A DNA stretch of 64,000 nt from the NCBI GenBank assembly GCA_002269645.1, contig NIVC01001052.1, positions 62,001 to 126,000 of the forward strand. Reading direction: 5' to 3'. Positions 1-13,760 of this stretch are shown piece by piece. This stretch comes from Macrostomum lignano (Eukaryota). A program made the translations under genes and the position numbers. Under the pieces are notes generated by a model. The model was not told where the DNA came from. It was given only the letters and a program-made list of their open reading frames with translations, and searched no databases. The number at the start of each line of letters is the position of its first letter. The stretch's first letter is position 1.

Positions 1-929
1 CTCAGCTAGTCTCTCAAGCACACCTGTCTGCACACCTGGCGCAATCGGGGCAGGTGTAATAAAAAAAACTCATGTCCTGACCTTTCAAAAGCTACTTAAA
101 AGTAGTCACGAAAGCATTAAATGCTTCATTTTAAAAACTTGTTTCAACGGGAGAGCGGGAAAATTAGCCTCGATGTAAGGCATGCAGCATGGGCTCACTC
201 ACGCACTCAGACCGTAGCCCTGCGGCAATCTGAGCCGCTCATTTAAGGCTTGGGGGTCACCCGGATCCAAAGTTCCCCATCCTCAATCTCTGTCGCTCTC
301 TCCACTCTCGGACACACAACACGAACTCGCACCAGCATGGCACATATGCCCGGAGCAAGATGAAGAGAAAGAGCTAGAGAGAGAGAGAGCGCGCGAGGCA
401 AAAAGAGAACCGGAGGAGCCGGACCGCCCCCCTCCCCTCTGAATGCGATCAATTTGGCTTCGCGGAGGAAAAAAATTAATCAATTTTCTTCTACCGCAAG
501 CAAGTTGCAGAATCTCTTCTTCTTCTTCTTCTTCTTCTCCTACTTCTCCATTCGCCTTCGCGCCGCTGTATTTGGCCCTATAGATTCCCAACGATCGGCC
601 AGCCCCAAAAAACTAACTTGTTTATTCGCCCCAGGGGGTAAAGATATTGAGGATCTCTCAATCGAGATCCCCCAGCTCTTAGCCAGCTGAACCAGCGCAG
701 AACCTCAACTGAGACTGGCCTCTCCTTATTTAGCTACTGGGAGAATGCAGGGTGAAGGGGAATTGTTCAGCCAATCCAAGTGGCCCATATAATTAACTGC
801 TTTTAGCTGTGTCATCGGGCCAACTGAAGAGGCCCAGCGAGGAGCGTCAAGACCATGAAGGCTAACACAGAGCCTTTGAGATCTGTGTGCACAGATTTCT
901 CTCTTTTTTCAATCCTTTTGGCTATTGTT

Positions 930-2165
930 GGTTTGATGATGGTCATTGAGTGTCTGATGATGGTCATTGAGTGTTTGATGGTGGTCATTGAGTGTTTGAT
1001 GGTGGTCATTGAGTGTTTGATGATGGTCATTGAGTGTTTGATGATGGTCATTGAGTGTTTGATGATGGTCATTGAGTGTTTGATGATGGTCATTGAGTGT
1101 TTGATGATGGTCATTGAGTGTTTGATGATGGTCATTGAGTGTCTGATGATGGTCATTGAGTATTTGATGATGGTCATTGAGTGTTTGATGATGGTCATTG
1201 AGTGTCTGATGATGGTCATTGAGTATTTGATGATGTTCATTGAGTATTTGATGATAGTCACTGAGTGTTTGATGATGGTCATTGAGTGTCTGATGATAGT
1301 CACTGGGTGTCTGATGATGGTCACTGGGTGTCTGATGATAGTCACTGAGTGTTTGATGATGGTCATTGAGTGTTTGATGATGGTCATTGAGTGTCTGATG
1401 ATGGTCATTGAGTATTTGATGATGGTCATTGAGTGTTTGATGATGGTCATTGAGTGTCTGATGATGGTCATTGAGTATTTGATGATGGTCATTGAGTATT
1501 CGATGATAGTCACTGAGTGTTTGATGATGGTCATTGAGTGTTTGATGATGGTCATTGAGTGTCTGATGATGGTCATTGAGTATTTGATGATGGTCATTGA
1601 GTGTTTGATGATGGTCATTGAGTGTCTGATGATGGTCATTGAGTATTTGATGATGGTCATTGAGTGTTTGATGATGGTCATTGAGTGTCTGATGATGGTC
1701 ATTGAGTATTTGATGATGGTCATTGAGTATTTGATGATAGTCACTGAGTGTTTGATGATGGTCATTGAGTGTCTGATGATAGTCACTGGGTGTCTGATGA
1801 TGGTCACTGGGTGTCTGATGATAGTCACTGAGTGTTTGATGATGGTCATTGAGTGTTTGATGATGGTCATTGAGTGTCTGATGATGGTCATTGAGTATTT
1901 GATGATGGTCATTGAGTGTTTGATGATGGTCATTGAGTGTCTGATGATGGTCATTGAGTATTTGATGATGGTCATTGAGTATTCGATGATAGTCACTGAG
2001 TGTTTGATGATGGTCATTGAGTGTTTGATGATGGTCATTGAGTGTTTGATGATGGTCATTGAGTGTCTGATGATAGTCACTGGGTGTCTGATGATGGTCA
2101 CTGGGTGTCTGATGATGGTCACTGGGTGTCTGATGATGGTCACTGGGTCTAGCAGTAGCTGGTGA
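930..2165. repeat. 21-bp minisatellite (GATGATGGTCATTGAGTGTTT), about 59 copies, with a 483-bp higher-order duplication
   Basis: Direct tandem periodicity. The diagnostic variant ATTCGATGATAGTCAC recurs at 1498 and 1981 (23 monomers apart). Explains spurious ORFs 812..2176 and 855..2165. Confidence 0.97.
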
Positions 2166-2470
2166 TGGTCATTCAATTTTCGATTAGGATCATTGGGTAC
2201 CTAGTGATAGGCACAATGTTTCTGCATATGATTACGCGATCACGGGGCGTTTGGTCACTCTGGTCAACCAGTATATGAATTTTTGGATATTGCATGCAAA
2301 ACAGCAGTTCTCCTGCAGCCACGATTGCTCATTCGTTAGCAGATTCAAGCGCTGGCTTGCTTCCAATTATGCAGCTCATCTTCCCTTCGCTCGTGTCGCA
2401 TTGGCCTCGTTTATCATATTTGTGCTTTTCTTCCGTAGTATTTATTTCACGCATTGCTGAGCTGTTATGG

Positions 2471-2986
2471 CAGCGCTTAACAAACCTTTTTACCTCATGG
2501 GCCAAAACCGGTTCATGGCTGTGGGTTACATGAGAGGGGGAAAGCCGAAAGGAGAGGGTATAGAGGAGAGAGAGAAGAGGGGATAATCGAGGCAAGAGAA
2601 GATATGAAAAAGAAAATACGAGAAAAGAGAGGAGGTAATAGGATAGATTAGATGAGAGATGAAAAGAGAGGAGAGAAGAGAGAAAAGAGTAGAGGGGAGA
2701 GAAGAGAGAGAAGAGGGAAGAGAGGAGAGAGGAGAGAGAAGAGAAGAAAAAAGAGGGAATAGAGAATACAGAAGCGAAGAGAGAAGAGTGGAGAGAGGAG
2801 AGAAGAGAAGGAGGGAAGAGAGAAGAGGGGAGAGAGGAAAGAAGAGATAAGAGAGAAGACAGGGAAGAGAGAAGAGGGGAGAGCAGAGAAAGAAGAGAAG
2901 AGAGAAGAGAGAAGAGAAGAGATACCAGCCTTGAGCGAGCCAGATTGCTATTGTAAGGTTTCAAAGAACCGATTGCCCGGCCCCTG
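2471..2986 (-). mobile_element. Degenerate hAT-type MITE with GA-rich internal tract (same family as 55012-55397, reverse orientation)
   Basis: 2929-2970 is the reverse complement of TTTGAAAC..CAATAGCAATC.GGC.C.CTCAAGG at 55048-55094. The left end CAGCGCTTAACAAAC..TTACCTCA resembles the reverse complement of the 55397 end. No TSD found. Confidence 0.55.
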
Positions 2987-3231
2987 CCTTGCAGCACACA
3001 TGCAACTCTTGTATTCGTGAGACAACAGCAAACAGTATCATTCGATCCCAGCCAATCAGAAGAGGCCAGCGTCCCCGCCTGCCCAACCCTGTCCGTCTTC
3101 CCATTTCCCAGTTGGTATATCTTATATCTCTAAACAACACACGCAAACTTTACTTCACTTCAAGTGAGGTGACAGTTTTAAGAACCTAAAACCGTAGCTA
3201 TGGTTTAAGACCAGACGTTAGGGTAATAGTA

Positions 3232-6200
3232 ATGCGCGAAATTTATTGTAAATTAGGTTTGCCTGCTTATCTGCTGTGCCTCTTGGTGGCCATTCATTTG
3301 CCAGTAGGTAAGTACGAATTAAAAAGTAAACGATTCTGAATTGTTTTCACTTTTGAATGTTCTTTTAATCTGGATAGTTTATTATGAGCAGTTTATTTTG
3401 AATTAGGGTAGTTTATGAGCGGAAAAGTCTTTTTTCGGGGTGATTATTGCTTGATGACAACATACTACGTTTACTGTTTGTGCAACGAGCTGATCAATGT
3501 GTCAAAAAATCATTTTTTTCTACTCGAATCAACACTTAAAGTCTTAAACAGAAGTTTCAGCCCTCAACAACTTTTGTTTGCATAAATACGAGTATTCTAG
3601 CAAAATACATACTGCAGATTAACAAAAATAAACTCCGCAATTTTTCTTCCTGTTGTATTCTGAAAAACGAAACGGAGAGGTAGAGAGAGAGAGTGAGATA
3701 GGAGAGAGGTAGAGAGAAAGGGAGAGAGGGGGAGGTAGAGAGAAAGGGAGAGAGGGGGAGGTAGAGAGAAAGGGAGAGAAGGGGAGAGGTAGAGAGAGAG
3801 AAAGGGATAGAGGGGGGAGAGGTAGAAAGAGAGAAAAGGAGAGATATGGGGAGAGGTAGAGAGAGAGAAAGGGAGAGAGATGGGGAGAGGTAGAGAGAGA
3901 GAAAGGGAGAGATGGGGAGAGGTAGAGAGAGAGAAAGGGAGAGAGATGGGGAGAGGTAGAGAGAGAGAAAGGGAGAAAGATGGGGAGAGGTAGAGAGTGA
4001 GAAAGTGAGAGAGATGGGGAGAGGTAGAGAGAGAGAAAGGGAGAGAGATGGGGAGAGGTAGAGAGAGAGAAAGGGAGAAAGATGGGGAGAGGTAGAGAGT
4101 GAGAAAGGGAGAGAGATGGGGAGAGGTAGAGAGAGAGAAAGGGAGAGAGATGGGGAGAGGTAGAGAGAGAGAAAGGGAGAGAGGGGGAGAGAGGGGGAGA
4201 GAGGGGGAGAGGGAAGAGGGAGAGAAAGGGAGAGAGATGGGGAGAGGTAGAGAGAGAGAAAGGGAGAGAGATGGGGAGAGGTAGAGAGAGAGAAAGGGAG
4301 AGAGGGGGAGAGAGGGGGAGAGAGGGGGAGAGGGAAGAGGGAGAGAAAACGGCGCCAGTATTTGAAGTAGCTTTCTGTCCCCGTCAGTGGGACGTCACTC
4401 GCCGCGTTCCTGTGGAGCTCGGGGCGGCGGCCCATAGGTGGGAGGGGGAAATTCCCAGTTTCCATGCCACTCCATGATGGAACTGTCGCTGCTGAGGCCA
4501 ATTTGTGCCCGCAGTGGCGGGGGCCTCAGCAGCAGCAGCAGAAATACACGGGCGGCGTGACGCGGCCTGGGACTGCGGCAGCAGCTGACTTGGCGTCGCG
4601 GGCGCAGAAGGTCAAAATGTTTTTTTTGCGGCAAGCTGCCCGCCGCATGTCAGCAGATGCGCCGCCCCACCTCGACCCCGGCTGGCCCTCCCATTCAAGA
4701 TTTGAACTTCGCGATGCAGAGGCACTGATTATAGATAGATAACTTCGCCTTCTTTACTTTATCCCCATTTGGCCCATTAGCAAATCGCTTCCCAACCTTT
4801 TCCCTCCGCCTGCCCCCAGAGGTGTCCGGCATCGAGGGAGCCAAGAAGCTGTTCAAGGACCTGATGAACAGGACCAATTACAGGGCTTCAGTGAGACCTG
4901 TCACCAACTACAGTCAGCCTGTGCTGTTGTACATGAACCTCAGCCTCACCCAGATACTCGATGTGGTAAGCCATTAGTAGGCAGATGATTATTATCAATA
5001 TTATAGTAATCCTTTTTGCATAACAGTGAGTGTTTGACTTTTCATTATGCTGTTGCTATGCTAAGTGGTTGCTATGAAACCATAACAAATCATAACATTT
5101 CAGTTGCTATGCAGTTGCTATGTTGTTGCTTTACAGTTGCTATGCAGTACAGTGGCGTATGTAGATTTGTATGCAGTGACTATGAGGTTGTTGTATGGTT
5201 GCTATGCGGTTGCTACGATCGCATTACTTATTCTAGAAATTCTATATGGTAAGTTAATTATTGAACTTATTTCATTCTTATACAAATATTTTTGTTTAAA
5301 AAGCAATTTCGAGCATGCTGAAAAGTATAGCACTTAAAGAAGCAGACACGATTAAAAAGAAAAGAAGACTGCTTTGCTTGCAAGGTAGCGTGATTAAAAA
5401 AGAAAAGATTATTTATTAGCCTCTCTGAAAACAGGCCAAAGTGAGCACACCAAAGCCTGAGAAGAGGATTAGCTCGTAGTTCCAAGAAACATGGCAACAG
5501 ATTAAACTTGAAAGGGGTTGCGAAAGAGCCTCTTCTTCTCTTTGATCTTGTAGAGATGTTAAAAACTCTTTAACAACTTTACTCAACAGTTAGAGCAAGT
5601 AGGCCGAGTTTCACAGCTCAGCACCTCTCTGAACTCCGAACAAAAGCTGTTGACGCGAACCCGGACCCTTCAACAGGACGAGAAGAACCAAATCGTCACT
5701 CTAAACATGTGGGTCTCGCAGCAGTGGTTCGACCCTAACTTTGTTTGGAATGAAAGCAACTATGGCAACATCTCTGAGCTGCACATCCCCTCAGAGGATA
5801 TTTGGACTCCGGATCTTGTGCTGTACAATAAGTGAGTAGGGAGGACAGACACCCAAACTGATAAGCCTGCACACCTGAGGAAGACACCCTAACTGATAAG
5901 CCTGCACACCTGAGGCAGACACCCCAACTGATAAGCCTGCACACCTGAGGCAGACACCCCAACTGATAAGCCTGCACACCTGAGGCAGACACCCTAACTG
6001 ATAAGCCTGCACACCTGAGGCAGACACCCCAACTGATAAGCCTGCACACCTGAGGCAGACACCCCAACTGATAAGCCTGCACACCTGAGGCAGACACCCC
6101 AACTGATAAGCCTGCACACCTGAGGCAGACACCCCAACTGATAAGCCTGCACACCTGAGGCAGACACCCCAACTGATAAGCCTGCACACCTGAGGCAGAC

Positions 6201-9200
6201 ACCCTAACTGATAAGCCTGCACACCTGAGGCAGACACCCCAACTGATAAGCCTGCACACCTGAGGCAGACACCCCAACTGATAAGCCTGCACACCTGAGG
6301 CAGACACCCCAACTGATAAGCCTGCACACCTGAGGCAGACACCCCAACTGATAAGCCTGCACACCTGAGGCAGACACCCCAACTGATAAGCCTGCACACC
6401 TGAGGCAGACACCCCAACTGATAAGCCTGCACACCTGAGGCAGACACCCCAACTGATAAGCCTGTACACCTGAGGCAGACACCCTAACTGATAAGCCTGC
6501 ACACCCTGGCAACCAAAACTCTCGCTGCAGCGCCGGCGGAGACTGGGACCTTGGCAGCTCAGCTAACAAGGTGAACGTGCTCAGTGACGGCACCATCCTA
6601 TGGCGGCCACCCATCATCTTCAAAAGCCAGTGCGAAATCAACGTGGAATTTTTTCCCTTTGACACCCAAAACTGCACACTGAAGCTGGGCACCTGGACTC
6701 ACAATGGCTACCTGATCGACCTGCGCCACGTCGCCCAGAAAGAGGAGGCGGATCGCAACGGACGCCAGAGCTTCGACGACTGCCGGGCCGTTATCGACTA
6801 CGCCATCGATCTCAGCCAGTTTGTTGACAATGTCGAGTGGGACATCCTCGGTGAGGACGTCTCCGAAAAAAAGAATTGACTGGGTCGATTTCCCTTTCTC
6901 CCCCATTTCCGTCGGAGACAAGAAGTGGTCGATGAGCTCAAGGGGGGGGGTCTGAGCAGTGGAGGCCAAGAATTCGGCAAACAAGAATGATTAAGGCATG
7001 CCATGCCGCCAGCCAATGCAGATATTGACTTTGGTATGCTGCGGCTCCAAGTGGGAGATGAAGCAGCTACTACAGATGGGAAGCTGAGATGTGGGCCCGG
7101 GATTTTGAGAATCTTCCCACTGAATAAGAAGGCGTTTTTTTATCAGCGTGAGCAGCTTGAGCTGCTCAAAGTTGGATTGCGATTTGGTTGGATAACTTCT
7201 TGGTGAAAATCAACTTCACTGCTTTCTGGGCCTGTTTCTGGGTGTAGCAGCTCGGTTCGAAATCTACTGGGTAAAAATTGAAATCTGCAGGGTAGATTCA
7301 GAAATCTGCAGGGTAGATTCAGAAATCTGCAGGGTAGATTCAGAAATCTGCAGGGTAGATTCAGAAATCTGCAGGGTAGATTCGGAAATCTGCAGGGTAG
7401 ATTCGGAAATCTGCAGGGTAGACTCGGAAATCTGCAGGGTAGATTCAGAAATCTGCAGGGTAGATTCAGAAATCTGCAGGGTAGATTCGGAAATCTGCAG
7501 GGTAGACTCGGAAATCTGCAGGGTAGACTCGGAAATCTGCAGAGTAGATTCAGAAATCTGCAGAGTAGATTCAGAAATCTGCAGGGTAGATTCAGAAATC
7601 TGCAGGGTAGACTCGGAAATCTGCAGGGTAGATTTTGGAAACCGGCTTTGGGATAGCTAAGTGTGATGAAATTTTAATGTAATATTTCGATATGAATTTT
7701 ATCTAGATTTTTGCTCTCAAGGTAATCAGGGCTCACCCAAAAGAGTCATTAGTAGTCGAAAGCAGATTGGCAAGCATACCCTGGCATTAATTTACAACAC
7801 AGGACTCGGAGCAATTAAGAATCTCCTGCAGAGCAATTCGATCTCGCAGCTCACAGAATTGAGCTGACGCACTGAGTGCAGCAATTTGATCGATTCTGCA
7901 CTCCCAGCATATCGATTTATCATTGACTTGGAGCAGAGGATTCGATGCTGCGAGGGAAGGAACTTGGGATCTGAGGGAAATGCGCGCTCGTGTATATAAG
8001 GCTTAAAATAACAAGTTTCCCCAACTCCAAGGAAAAAGTAGGAGGTACCAAATTAAGAGCCGGGGAAGAAGTGTAGCAGAGTTGGTTCGCTTTATTCTAT
8101 CTAGTGCTTAAATATCACTCTTGCCTCAAACCCAAATCCCATGCACTCAAGCGCGCGATGCTCCCCGACTCGAAAACTGCCTCCCCGCAACTGCTGTAGC
8201 TCCGCTCTTACCCAAAAAAATGCGCGACCCCTTTCCCCTCTGGCTAGGAGATAAGGGGCGGGGAGAGAGGAGAGCGCGTGTCCAGTGCTGATCCTCTTAG
8301 CAGGGAGAAGCGGTGAGCTGTGGCGATGAGTGAATATGCCAGCTTAAGCCCCCATGGGTTGGTTTGTAATCTTTTCTATCGTATACACCGGGTAGTGTCT
8401 TTGCTGCATCAGTTGAAAACCCGCATAGTATGCGGTAGCTATTAAACATTAATTATATAGTTTGAGCATAGTTGAGATCAGTGCGCGGAAATGAACTCGA
8501 ACACCTGTCAGTAACGAGTTTGATTAGACCATGCAGTTACTTCGAGCACAATGTCCAAGCAATTTGCCAGTAAAAAGACTAAATCAGTTTGAAATTAAAA
8601 CAGCAGAGCGTTCTCACTTCAACTGGAGTCTTCACATTCCAACCAAAATTTTCACACTTCAATTGGAGTCTTCACATTTCCAACCAAAATTTTCACACTT
8701 CAATTGGAGTCTTCATGCACATTTCCAACCAAAATTTTCACACTTCAATTGGAGTCTTCATGCACATTTCCAACCAAAATTTTCACGCTTCAATTGGAGT
8801 CTTCACATTTCCAACCAAAATTTTCACACTTCAATTGGAGTCTTCATGCACATTTCCAACCAAAATTTTCACGCTTCAATTGGAGTCTTCACATTCCAAC
8901 CAAAATTTTCACACTTCAATTGGAGTCTTCACATTTCCAACCAAAATTTTCACACTTCAATTGGAGTCTTCACATTTCCAACCAAAATTTTCACACTTCA
9001 ATTGGAGTCTTCACATTTCCAACCAAAATTTTCACACTTCAATTGGAGTCTTCACATTTCCAACCAAAATTTTCACACTTCAATTGGAGTCTTCACATTT
9101 CCAACCAAAATTTTCACGCTTCAATTGGAGTCTTCACATTTCCAATCAAAATTTTCACGCTTCAATTGGAGTCTTCACATTTCCAAGCAGAGCTTTCACA

Positions 9201-11208
9201 CTTTAAACATGTCATTCACACTTTTAACAGTGTGAATTTAACAGGCTTTGTTTAAATTATTATAAGAATCTCAGCAAGAGTTCCCCCACATTTTTACCAG
9301 AGGTGACAGCCAAGAGGAACATCGAGACCTACAAATGCTGCCCAGAGCCGTACCTGGACCTCACCTTCTACCTGATCATTCGTAGAAAGACCCTATTCTA
9401 CGGCATTAATTTGATTTGTCCGTGTTTAGCAATCAGCTTCCTCACCATCCTGGTGTTCTACCTGCCCGGCGAGTCTGGAGAAAAAATGTCCCTGTCAATC
9501 AACATCCTGCTCTCTCTGACGGTGTTCTTTCTGCTCATCTTCGACATCTGCCCGCCAACCTCGCTAGTTGTGCCGCTCATACTCAAGTACCTGCTATTCA
9601 CTATGATCCTGGTCACTCTGTCCGTCATGGCCACGGTTGTTGTGCTTAATGTGCACTGGCGCTCGCCAGACACCTACGTGATGTCGCCCTGGGTTCGCCA
9701 GGTGTTCATGCGCACCCTGCCGAAGCTGCTGCTGATGAAGAAGCCGGAGACTGAGCGACGGAAAGAGGAGGTAAGTCTTTAATTTCACTTTCTCTTTCAC
9801 TCGTCGCACAAAGGGGCGCCAGCACTATTTCTCATGCACACGCTCACACAGGATGTACCTGTCCCTGACTATATAATCGTCAGGAATCTACACAGCTCTC
9901 TTCACGACAAACCTCAAGCCCCTAATTAGTGCCACAGATTAAGCTTGAATTTTTACACGATTCTGAATTGGCAGAAACAAACGCCAAAGTGACTACTCAT
10001 AAGTAGCGCTAATTGAATCGCATTACACATGGACAGGTGATCCCCAACTTCGGCGGAGACGACAGCGAGCGTTTATTCAACTTTGCGGCGCCCGGTGAGG
10101 CCGGAATTTCGTCGGCAGACGCCGAAGACGAAGAGGCTGGACAGGAGGTGATGCGGCAGCGCCTGCGCAGCCGACGGACGGCCATGACCGGCTCCTCGGG
10201 GGTCATCAACGAAATCGAGCTGGCGCTGGAGGGGGTCAGGAATATTGCCGGGCACATGAAACGGGAAGACGAGAGGAACACGGTGAGGAATCCAGAGTAG
10301 GGGCAGCCTAGGAATCTCGGGGCAGGAGCTTGTAAGAAATTTAGGGAAAGGAGTTTCCAAGAAATCAGAGACAGAAGTATCTAAGAAATCCAAGGCAGGG
10401 CTAGCCTGAGAATTCAGGGCAGAAGTTTCCAAGAAATTTAGGGAAGTTTTTAAGAAATCCAGGTCTGGGCCATCCTAGAAATTCATGAAAAAGATTTTCT
10501 AAAAAATCAAAGAGCAGAAGTTTCTAAGAAATCCAGGACAAGAGTTTCTAAGAAATCCAGGACAAGAGTTTCTAAGAAATCCAGGACAAGAGTTTCTAAG
10601 AAATCCAGGACAAGAGTTTCTAAGACACTCAGGGAAGGAGCTTTTAAGGAAAAAGTCCTGCTCTTAAGTAATTCAGAACAAGAGTGTCTAAGGAATCCAA
10701 GACAGGAGTTTCTAAGAAATCTAGGACAGGAGTTTATGAGAAATCTAGACGATAAATTTCTAAGAAATCGAGGACAATAGTTTCTCAGAAATCCAGGACA
10801 AGAGTTTCTAAGACATCCAGGACAAGAGTTTCTAAGAAATCCAGGACAAGAGTTTCTAAGACATCCAGGAAAAGAGTTTCTAAGAAATCCAGGACAGAGG
10901 CAAGAATCCAGGCTAACACAGACGCTCTAACTTTCAGATCCGAGACGATTGGAAATACGTGGCCGTAGTGCTTGACCGACTGTTTATGTGGCTGTTCAGC
11001 TGCGCCGCCATCATAGGTACGCAGCTGTTTTCAATTTAATTATTTGTTATTTATTGTACCTGCAGCTAATCGATAAACCAATTCATCACTATTATCAGGT
11101 GCGCTAGGAATATTTATGCAGGCGCCCAGCCTGCGAGACAACAAGGAGCGGATGACGCACCTGAACACGCAGAACAAGATGCCTACCATCAAGCGAGACT
11201 GCAACTAA
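3232..11208 (+). CDS. Nicotinic acetylcholine receptor alpha subunit (Cys-loop cation channel), 8 coding exons
   Basis: Exons 3232-3307 (signal peptide [25 protein letters not shown]), 4820-4965, 5677-5831, 6531-6850, 9301-9770, 10037-10282, 10938-11016, 11099-11208; all GT-AG with consistent phases. Motifs: WTPDLVLYN (loop A), Cys-loop [23 protein letters not shown] vicinal cysteines (alpha-type), GEK before M2, [14 protein letters not shown] (M4). AATAAA at 11390. Confidence 0.96.
3675..4347. repeat. Polypurine (GA-rich) compound repeat in nAChR intron 1
   Basis: Almost exclusively G/A, with recurring GATGGGGAGAGGTAGAGAGAGAGAAAGGGAGA units. Confidence 0.95.
5845..6505. repeat. 35-bp minisatellite (AACTGATAAGCCTGCACACCTGAGGCAGACACCCC), about 19 copies, filling nAChR intron 3
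   Basis: Direct tandem periodicity of 35 bp. Confidence 0.97.
7280..7640. repeat. 21-bp minisatellite (GAAATCTGCAGGGTAGATTCA), about 17 copies
   Basis: Direct tandem periodicity, nAChR intron 4. Confidence 0.96.
8612..9190. repeat. 41-bp minisatellite (CCAAAATTTTCACACTTCAATTGGAGTCTTCACATTTCCAA), about 14 copies
   Basis: Direct tandem periodicity, nAChR intron 4; explains ORFs at 8531-9255. Confidence 0.96.
10350..10900. repeat. 24-bp minisatellite (GACAAGAGTTTCTAAGAAATCCAG), degenerate at its edges
   Basis: Tandem periodicity in nAChR intron 6. Confidence 0.9.
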
Positions 11209-11549
11209 GAATTCAAAACAAATATTGACTATTTATATTGAAATTGACGACGTAACTTATGTTATGATCATTATCTACATGCTCTTATGTTATGATTGCG
11301 TTATTTACGAGCTTTGACAATATATAAACTAGTTTAGTTCCACTTTACAGACTTTTCTTAAATACAGCACTGCGCCAGAGGCGTGAAACAATAAACTTTT
11401 GAACATTCTTTTAGTTCAGAGCCAAATACAGGATGAGCAACTTGCACTATTGTTGAATAGCAAAGAATTCAGGATGAGCATGACAGGCGACACCTTTAAT
11501 AAATGAGATGCTTAAATCAAGTGGAAGTGTTACTTTTTTAATGACGCTG

Positions 11550-12415
11550 AATTCAGGATAAGCGTCAACTTAAGGAAAGGCGAGAACTTCACAATAAGCG
11601 CCTGATTTAGGATACATGAACGAGCGCAAGCGCCAGCTTCAAGATAAACACCCGATTTAATACTCGTACAGGCGCCAACTTCAGGATAAGCGTCAAGTCT
11701 AGGATAAGCGGCAACTCAAGATCAGAAGAACGCCACTTTAGGATAAGGGCCAAGTATATGATAAGCACACACTTCAGGATAAGCGCCAATTTCAGGAAGA
11801 ACGCCAACTTTAGGATAAGGAAGTATTGATAAGCACACACTTCAGGATAAGCGCCAATTTCAGGAAGAACGCCAACTTTAGGATAAGGGCCAAGTATATG
11901 ATAAGCACACACTTCAGGATAAGCGCCAATTTCAGGAAGAACGCCAACTTCAGGATAAGCGCCAAGTTTAGGATAAGCACACACTTCAGGATAAGCGCCA
12001 AGTAATATGATAATCACACACTTCAGGATAAGCGGCAATTTCAGAAAGAACGCCAACTTCAGGATAAGCGCCAAGTTTAGGATAAGCACACACTTCAGGA
12101 TAAGCGCCAACTTCAGAAAGAAAGCCAACTTCAGGATGAGCGCCAAGTATATGATAAGCACGCACTTTAGGATAAGCGCCAACTTCAGGGTAGGGGTCAA
12201 CCTCAGGATAAGCGCTAACTTCAAAATAAGTGCTTGATTTAGGTAAGTGCCAACTTCAGGATAAGCGCTTGATTTAGGATAAGCACCAACTTTAGGATAG
12301 GCGTCAACCTTAGGATAAGCGTCAACTTCAGGATAAAGCGCACACTCTAGGGTAAGTCCACACTTTAGAAAAAAAGCAAACTTTACGATAAGCGTTAACT
12401 TCAGGTTGAAAGACA
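11550..12415. repeat. Complex minisatellite built on an 18-bp AACTTCAGGATAAGCGCC core
   Basis: Repeated core with variant spacers, downstream of the nAChR gene. Confidence 0.9.
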
Positions 12416-13171
12416 ACTATGAGCGTGTATTATGTGGACAAATTTATGGGATAGGTAGAATTTTTTTAAATTTCACTTAATTAATAAAACTAAGTTAATT
12501 ATTCTTTTTCATTTAAAATAGAAAAATGATAAAAGCAATTAATTTTTGATAGTTGACAAATGTACTCTACTATTGCACAGAACAATCGATTATAAATGTT
12601 TGATTTTAACAGTATAGTTTTTATCCGATTTAAAAACTGGCAATATTAATAAATAATTCAAATGAAAGCAAGGAGCAATAAAAACTAATAATTAACGGAC
12701 AATACTAAAGCAAGATATATTCGATAAAATCATTGATTTAAGGGCAGGTTCTGATCGCATTATATAAGCTACTTAAAGTAGATAATTGCTCATTGACAAG
12801 CCAATTGTGATAGGCCAATTTTGTAGGCATGCAAAAAGACTTTCGCAAAGAAGGGTCAGAAATCAAAATAGGATTTGCATAACTAGCAAAATTCTTTAGC
12901 TGGCTAAAGCATAGCTTGGGTAAAAGTTAAAATTCAAAAATATCTTAATTTTTGGTCAATAAAACCCGAAATTATACTTATCAGTGCCGTAACAAATAGA
13001 AAAATCAATAAGACAGTTATTCATTTACGAGTAAAAATCCATAATTTGATGGCTAGGGAAAATCGAAATATAAATATTGCGGTAAAAATTCGGATTCTAT
13101 TCTAGGAACTTTTCTTCAAGACATGGCTGGGGTTGACTTTCTCATTGAATAACTGAATAGATAAATAACTT

Positions 13172-13423
13172 GTTAACTAGCTAGCTAACTAACTAGCTAA
13201 CTACTCGTAACTAACTAGCTAACTAACTAACTAGCTAACTAACTAGCTGACTAACTAGCTAACTAACTAACTAGCTAACTAACTAGCTGACTAACTAGCT
13301 AACTAACTAACTAGCTAACTAACTAGCTGACTAACTAGCTAACTAACTAACTAACTAGCTAACTAAACAACTAACAGGCTAACTAACTAGCTAGCTAACT
13401 AACTAACTAACTAACTAACAGGA

Positions 13424-13459
<36 letters not shown>

Positions 13460-13463
13460 AGGA

Positions 13464-13507
<44 letters not shown>

Positions 13508-13511
13508 AGGA

Positions 13512-13575
<64 letters not shown>

Positions 13576-13579
13576 AGGA

Positions 13580-13615
<36 letters not shown>

Positions 13616-13619
13616 AGAA

Positions 13620-13655
<36 letters not shown>

Positions 13656-13659
13656 AGGA

Positions 13660-13715
<56 letters not shown>

Positions 13716-13719
13716 AGGA

Positions 13720-13760
<41 letters not shown>

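Noticed and set aside
4464-4742. ORF 4464..4742 as the nAChR first exon
   Set aside because: No signal peptide; exon 3232-3307 provides a signal peptide, a GTAAGT donor and the correct phase.
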